From NCBI GenBank assembly GCA_049472335.1, contig JBLIRO010000055.1, positions 1 through 33,632 of the forward strand: DNA of 33,632 bases. The letters run 5' to 3'. This DNA is from a bacterium (lineage in GTDB: Bacteria; SZUA-182; DTGQ01; JAFGSM01). A program made the translations under genes and the position numbers. The notes under the pieces are model-generated. The model did not search any database. It was given only the letters and a program-made list of their open reading frames with translations, and had not been told where the DNA came from. This document shows, in pieces, positions 28,678-33,632 of the stretch; position 1 is the first letter of the stretch; every line of letters begins with the position of its first letter.

Positions 28678-28725
28678 TAATATGATATTAACTAATTAAG
28701 AAATATCTGCTATAGTAGTATTGAT

Positions 28726-30018
28726 ATGAGATTAAAAGCACAAACATTACCTCTTTTTTCAGAGCTCGTTAATCTTGATAAAAGGTTACCTACAAATACC
28801 TTAAGTCAACAAAATAGAATCCAGAGATGGGCGAATTTTATCGCTGGATATTCTATTGAATTTACAGAAAAGTGTCTTTCAAAGAGGGATAATAATAAAG
28901 ATATCGTAATTGATCCATTTCTAGGGTGTGGAACAACACTAGTTGCTTGCAGAAATCTAGGTTTTTATGGTGTTGGATTTGAGCAGCATAAATTATTTTA
29001 CATGCTATCTAAAGCTAAACTTACTAACTATACAATCGAAGAATTAGAATTTGTAAAGAATATTATTCAGAATGAAAAGCAAGAAATTAACTGGTCTAAC
29101 GACGCCCTCAAATTTATCACTAAGATGTTTTCAAATAAGGATATAACTCCAATCCGGTGCGCTTCATTTGCAATTGGACAGATTGAAGACAAATTAAAAC
29201 CGCTTGCAATAGCTTTATTTCTAAAAACATGTGAGGCATCTTGTGGCGCACAGACCGATGGAATATATAAAGCCCCAACTTCTAGAAAAAAATCTATTCC
29301 CTTCAATCAAGCATTAGAATCTTCATTAAGGATATTTAAAGAAGATATTTTATCTACATGGTATTCAAAACATTGGGTATCACAACCTAAAGCAGAATGT
29401 TATCTTAAATCTTCAGAAAATATGAAAGAATTGAATGATTCCTCAGTCGGTGTTTGTATTACTTCGCCGCCTTATCTTAATAATTTTGATTATGCAGAAA
29501 TGACCAGATTGCATTTATATTTATTGGGGTGGGCTAATTCTTGGAAAGATATATCTGAAACGGTGAGAAATAAACTGATTACTAATACAACGACTGCTCT
29601 TAAGAATAAGAAATCTAATGAATATCAAAATGCACATCGTAACAACCTACCTGACGAAATCATTGCCGAGCTTGCTCCTATTGTATTTGTCCTTTCAAAG
29701 GAACGTAAAATACGGGCAGGGAAAAAAGATTATGATTTCCTAGTATATCCATATTATTCACAAATAAATAGTGTGTTAGCTGAGCTTTTCCGTATACTCA
29801 AACCCGGTGGTTGTATTCATTGGGTTGTTGCAGATGCAGCATTATATGGTGTTCATATTAAAACACACCTACATACAGGTTTGCTAATGAGGAATTTGGG
29901 CTTCAAAGATGTTGAAGTACAATTTTTGAGACATCGTGGACATAGATGGATTCTTAATAAAAGAGATGGTTCGAAAGAGGGACTTGGAGAATATCATATT
30001 ATTGCACGTAAGGGTTAG
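28726..30018 (+). CDS. DNA amino-methyltransferase (probably N4-cytosine, alpha motif order)
   Basis: Motif I DPFLGCGTT N-terminal, motif IV TSPPY later, R.LKPGG. Confidence 0.9.
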   Translation: MRLKAQTLPLFSELVNLDKRLPTNTLSQQNRIQRWANFIAGYSIEFTEKCLSKRDNNKDIVIDPFLGCGTTLVACRNLGFYGVGFEQHKLFYMLSKAKLTNYTIEELEFVKNIIQNEKQEINWSNDALKFITKMFSNKDITPIRCASFAIGQIEDKLKPLAIALFLKTCEASCGAQTDGIYKAPTSRKKSIPFNQALESSLRIFKEDILSTWYSKHWVSQPKAECYLKSSENMKELNDSSVGVCITSPPYLNNFDYAEMTRLHLYLLGWANSWKDISETVRNKLITNTTTALKNKKSNEYQNAHRNNLPDEIIAELAPIVFVLSKERKIRAGKKDYDFLVYPYYSQINSVLAELFRILKPGGCIHWVVADAALYGVHIKTHLHTGLLMRNLGFKDVEVQFLRHRGHRWILNKRDGSKEGLGEYHIIARKG

Positions 30019-30027
30019 CAAAGAATC

Positions 30028-31062
30028 ATGAAAACTATTTATCAGGTCGCACGTGAAGCAATGGATGGACAAATTACACAATATTTAGAACTTTTAGAAG
30101 CCACAAATGGATTCGAGCAAATAAAAAAAGAGCATTTGGAAGATCCTGAGATTGCAATATTATTTTCAGCTGGGCTTGGACATCGGCTCGATCTTGATCA
30201 AAAAGATTATTCCTCATTTTTAATAAGAGAATATCATCGAAAAGCTGCTGTGCCCTTTGATGTTGAAAATGCTGTTTCTATTGGAGTATATAAAAAAATT
30301 CGTCCTTATGCTGAATTATTATACGAGAAAGCAAAAAAGTTAACAAAAGGATTCACCTTATTTGAGGCAGAAGGATTGCAAACAAATCCCTGTTTATTAC
30401 CAGTTTTTCAAAATATGCTTGGATTCAGCAAAGCACAATTGAAAAAGAAGATAGGCTTAGTATCTGATTCTAGTATCTCGTGTCCTGCCTCGGAAAGATT
30501 TGCTACAATTTTATCTGATTCAATACATATAGAAAGTATAGTAAAGTCAAATATTCTTCAAAGAATAGAAATAACTCTTGAAGGGATTGTTCGTGATCTA
30601 GTGGGTAGGGTTTTATTTGAAGAAGTTGTTGCACACTCTCTAGATAAATATGAAGTAGAGTATCTCAGAGAGGAGGAATATTCATCTATTACAGGAGTAG
30701 TTTATGATTTTAGATCTGATTTTGTTATTCCCAACTCAATAAATCCTGTTGCCTTTATAGAGGTCAGAAAATCATCAAGTCGACATGCGTCCTTATATGC
30801 AAAAGATAAAATGTTTTCAGCAATAAATTGGAAGGGCAAATATAAAAATCTTATTGGTGTAATAGTTGTTGAAGGTGATTGGACGCAATCCACCTTACAA
30901 ATAATGTCAAAAGTATTTGATTATGTTATCCCGCTAAACAAAACACCCCTTCTAGCAAAGCTTTTAAGGAAAGCTTTGGATGGTGATAAATCCATATTAA
31001 GGTGGCTTATTGATTTCAAAATTAATCCATCTAAAGGATTTTCTGACAAAAATTTAGTCTAA
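30028..31062 (+). CDS. Putative Type II restriction endonuclease, PD-(D/E)xK fold
   Basis: G.LFEE.V...SDFVIP...FIEVRK; lies 9 bp after the methyltransferase gene. Confidence 0.7.
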   Translation: MKTIYQVAREAMDGQITQYLELLEATNGFEQIKKEHLEDPEIAILFSAGLGHRLDLDQKDYSSFLIREYHRKAAVPFDVENAVSIGVYKKIRPYAELLYEKAKKLTKGFTLFEAEGLQTNPCLLPVFQNMLGFSKAQLKKKIGLVSDSSISCPASERFATILSDSIHIESIVKSNILQRIEITLEGIVRDLVGRVLFEEVVAHSLDKYEVEYLREEEYSSITGVVYDFRSDFVIPNSINPVAFIEVRKSSSRHASLYAKDKMFSAINWKGKYKNLIGVIVVEGDWTQSTLQIMSKVFDYVIPLNKTPLLAKLLRKALDGDKSILRWLIDFKINPSKGFSDKNLV

Positions 31063-31081
31063 CACCCGCATATCGTTAAAA
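31057..31081 (+). other. Internally deleted attC (core sites only)
   Basis: GTCTAAC overlaps the stop codon; GTTAAAA follows after 11 nt. Confidence 0.55.
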
Positions 31082-31100
31082 GCTACTGGAGGAAAACACA

Positions 31101-31628
31101 ATGTGTATTAAAAATTTTAAAGATACAGAATATACTTTCATAAGATCACAAATAGGCGAACAAGATAGAGCATGCCTGTCGATGGTAGGAATCCTTTTAA
31201 CAAGCTCGACTGCAATTTATGGATTAGCTATTGAAAAGCAAATTTATAGTTTACTTCCGATACTATCTATTATCTGGGTGGTTGGCTTTTTATACATTTG
31301 TGAAAAAAGGTTTTGGATTCGCCGATCAGCGTTATATGCAAGAGAAATGATCGAGAGCAAAGAAAGTGGTTTATATTGGCAAACATGGTTAAAAGAAAAT
31401 GAAAATGATAAGCGGTTTTTAAGATTTAGCCCCTTAAAACTAGAGTACTTATTACTTTTGATAGTGAATATTATGAATGTGATCTTGACAAGTTTAAACT
31501 TAAAGAAAAATATTCATCAATATGACAGTATAGTTTATTTTTTAATATCTGCCTTTACCCTTTTTATATCATTAGTCTTATTCTTTCTTGTTGTAAGGGT
31601 TTATTACCATAAGGCAAAAGCCGCCTAA
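31101..31628 (+). CDS. Hypothetical membrane protein with about 4 TM helices (cassette 3)
   Basis: Two pairs of hydrophobic segments; GGAGG RBS; stop codon lies inside the attC inverse core GCCTAAC. Confidence 0.75.
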   Translation: MCIKNFKDTEYTFIRSQIGEQDRACLSMVGILLTSSTAIYGLAIEKQIYSLLPILSIIWVVGFLYICEKRFWIRRSALYAREMIESKESGLYWQTWLKENENDKRFLRFSPLKLEYLLLLIVNIMNVILTSLNLKKNIHQYDSIVYFLISAFTLFISLVLFFLVVRVYYHKAKAA

Positions 31629-31719
31629 CAAAATTCAATACACCTGATTTCACTTTGCTGGTCGTGATTCGTGAGAGCCTTGTAAAATTGGCGCGAAACA
31701 GGTGATTTCTTCATTATCT
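31623..31719 (+). other. attC site with mutated core (GTT to ATT)
   Basis: GCCTAAC; CACCTG(A)TTTC pairs with GAAACAGGTG; ends ATTTCTTCATT, versus ATTTCTTCGTT in the first attC; both about 97 bp. Confidence 0.75.
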
Positions 31720-31757
31720 GATGCATGTTCACCGGAAGGACGAGATGGGGGGAAATT

Positions 31758-32432
31758 ATGACAATCAAAACGGAAATTCTTGCGCAGCTTGACAAATTGC
31801 TCTCCGACGGCAAGGCTCTAATCGCATCGTACCACATTGGGGAGATGGCAAGTCGGTACTCGGACATGCCAGAGTCCGACTTCCGTGCATTCTACACCGC
31901 TGGTCTTGCTGCGATCGAGCGAGTGGTTGGACGGGAAAGCGCCTATTATCGCTCCTTGCCTTCGCTTAATGACGATACCAATTTGTCCTCCCCAGATTAT
32001 GGGCCCTCGCCAATCGAAGCCCTTTTTGGAGCTTTAAACGCATTGAGGTCAGATGTTGACGCTGGCCTCTTGCAATCACTCGAGGCACGTCTTAGAGCAA
32101 ACGTTCACGACGATATACTGCAACAGGCCGACGATCTCCTCCAGGCTGGATATCACGTTGCAGCCATGGTCTTGGTCGGTGCAGTCTTCGAGAATCATCT
32201 TCAAAAGATGGCTACCACTAGAAATATCACATGGACCGGCAATGGTAGCATCTCGAAGTATAATGATGTCCTTCGAAATATGGCATACTCCCAGCCGGTC
32301 TGGCGGCGAATCCAGTCGATTGCAGACCTCAGGAACGACGCTGCGCACGGAAACATTATAAATATAAACTCAGCTAATGTGACTGAGAGTTTACAGTATG
32401 TGAAACGTTTCCTTGCGGACAATCCATCGTGA
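31758..32432 (+). CDS. DUF4145/HEPN-like protein (cassette 4)
   Basis: QA..LL..GY.VAA.VL.GAVFENHL and DLRNDAAHG (RxxxxH). Start placed at ATG 31758 after a G-rich RBS; visibly higher GC than neighbours. Confidence 0.75.
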   Translation: MTIKTEILAQLDKLLSDGKALIASYHIGEMASRYSDMPESDFRAFYTAGLAAIERVVGRESAYYRSLPSLNDDTNLSSPDYGPSPIEALFGALNALRSDVDAGLLQSLEARLRANVHDDILQQADDLLQAGYHVAAMVLVGAVFENHLQKMATTRNITWTGNGSISKYNDVLRNMAYSQPVWRRIQSIADLRNDAAHGNIININSANVTESLQYVKRFLADNPS

Positions 32433-32833
32433 TTATTGACCAGCCAATCGGGCGGCTTGGGTTTTTTCACTCCCGCACTCACACTAGTCCGCTTGCTGGT
32501 TTGTCCTGGGAGATATTCATCATATACCAGGATAATTATATGAATGGGAAACAATTTCTTGTAATCAAAGCGAATTTTTCACAGACAAGACATCAATCTA
32601 TAATCCAAAATATTATTGAAAAAAGATGAATGTGAATTAAATTAAAATAGGGATAGAATTTTTAATTTTTATCATATTACATTCAAAATAAATAGGATAA
32701 TTTATTGATATATATCTCTCTTATAACTTTCATGCATCCACCTAAAATCCACGTACGCAAAATCTGATTCTAGGTGCCAAGGTCAGTTTTCAGGTTATTG
32801 AGTTTAGCGTGGTATAATGGGAAAGGAGACATC

Positions 32834-33025
32834 ATGAGTCTGAACACAGAGCAAATTCATAGCCTACTTGCTGCTTTTCAGGCGGCTGTTACCAGCCGCC
32901 CTTCTTGCGGCTGCGGGGGTGAGTATATCCCCGTCAGCGTCCATTTCAACGAAGCCAAAACAGGAATCCATGTCGTGTGGCGATGCGGCAGCTGTGGTAA
33001 AAAGGTTCCATGCCCTTGCGGGTGA
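32834..33025 (+). CDS. Small Cys-rich (zinc-ribbon-like) protein, 63 aa
   Basis: AAGGAG RBS and TGGTATAAT extended -10 upstream; CGCGG...CGSCG..VPCPCG. Confidence 0.6.
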   Translation: MSLNTEQIHSLLAAFQAAVTSRPSCGCGGEYIPVSVHFNEAKTGIHVVWRCGSCGKKVPCPCG

Positions 33026-33245
33026 AATCAATGTCGGGCTGCCCGATGATTTTCTATTTCGCAGCCCGTTATGTGAAACCAAGAAGGTTGAAATGACATG
33101 ATAGACAAATATTTACTGTACAATATCTCTCATTATCTGTAAAGAATAAAACAATAAAAACTTGTAATAAACAAAATTTTTAACTAAAATTAATAATGAA
33201 ATAAAAATTTATACAAATTCTTACTAAAAAGGAGTCAATCAAGAC

Positions 33246-33449
33246 ATGAAAGCCGTTGAATTTAAAGCTAAGACAGATAGAGGGATTATTGAAATTCCTA
33301 AAGATATTAAAAATAAACTTAATCAAGAAGTAAGGGTTATTCTCTTATTCGAAGAGCAAGAAAAGGAAATAGGTCATCACCATTTTACTGCAGCCAAAAT
33401 CAAGACAAAAAATTTTAAATTCAATCGAGAAGAAGCCCATGAAAGATAA
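33246..33449 (+). CDS. Putative antitoxin of a PIN-type toxin-antitoxin pair
   Basis: 67 aa, G.IEIP..V.VI.L, ends FNREEAHER; overlaps the PIN gene start; AAGGAG RBS. Confidence 0.75.
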   Translation: MKAVEFKAKTDRGIIEIPKDIKNKLNQEVRVILLFEEQEKEIGHHHFTAAKIKTKNFKFNREEAHER

Positions 33450-33627
33450 AGTATTCATCGACACCAACATTTTAATTTATTTATACTCTGAAGATGAAAT
33501 AGAAAAACAAGAAATTGCAGAAGATTTATCAAACCAATATTCACCAATTATTAGTATTCAGGTATTAAATGAAATTTCTAACGTAATGATAAAAAAAATG
33601 AATTCCGATCTTCAATCTGTATCGTGA
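33439..33627 (+). CDS. PIN-domain (VapC-like) toxin, apparently truncated at 62 aa
   Basis: VFIDTNILIY and IS.QVLNE motifs; TGA at 33625-33627 comes before the C-terminal catalytic acidic residues. Confidence 0.7.
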   Translation: MKDKVFIDTNILIYLYSEDEIEKQEIAEDLSNQYSPIISIQVLNEISNVMIKKMNSDLQSVS

Positions 33628-33632
33628 GTAAT

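Larger units (their letters stand above)
27824..32510 (+). mobile_element. Integron gene-cassette array without integrase in the window (CALIN-like)
   Basis: Co-oriented unrelated genes each followed by attC-like sites; the first cassette begins GTTGGAGT, the exact complement of its own attC inverse core ACTCCAAC. Confidence 0.75.

Noticed and set aside
367..33101. Numerous short antisense or nested ORFs in the track
   Set aside because: They overlap well-supported genes and show no independent motifs.

Overview
Bacterial window with three parts. (1) 1-17.9 kb, minus strand: an extracellular contractile injection system (eCIS; Afp/PVC-like) operon that runs off the left edge. Order: sigma-54 enhancer-binding protein with a degenerate receiver, a sigma-54 promoter, DUF3467-like protein, a single 893-aa sheath with three inserted repeats, tube, CxxC assembly-chaperone-like protein, 710-aa repeat protein, Pvc16/DUF4255-like protein with three IPT/TIG-like domains, Afp15-like AAA+ ATPase, an AT-rich array of DUF4157 candidate effectors, CIS tube-like protein and a LysM protein. 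The array has two intact genes with different Cys-His C-terminal domains, a duplicated ATPase 3' end between them, and an unannotated frameshifted HExxH (M35-like) remnant. (2) 18.4-27.4 kb: ordinary genes (beta-barrel-like protein, LysM lipoprotein, phoH, 7TM-HD phosphohydrolase, ybeY, CBS/CorC protein, GlcD-like oxidase), a 160-bp palindromic element and an uncalled small basic ORF. (3) 27.8-33.6 kb: an integron-type cassette array with attC sites but no integrase in the window (CALIN-like), carrying defence-type genes (MauJ/HEPN-like, Type II restriction-modification, membrane protein, DUF4145/HEPN-like), followed by a small Cys-rich gene and a PIN toxin-antitoxin pair. Family calls come from motif recognition by eye, not database searches.
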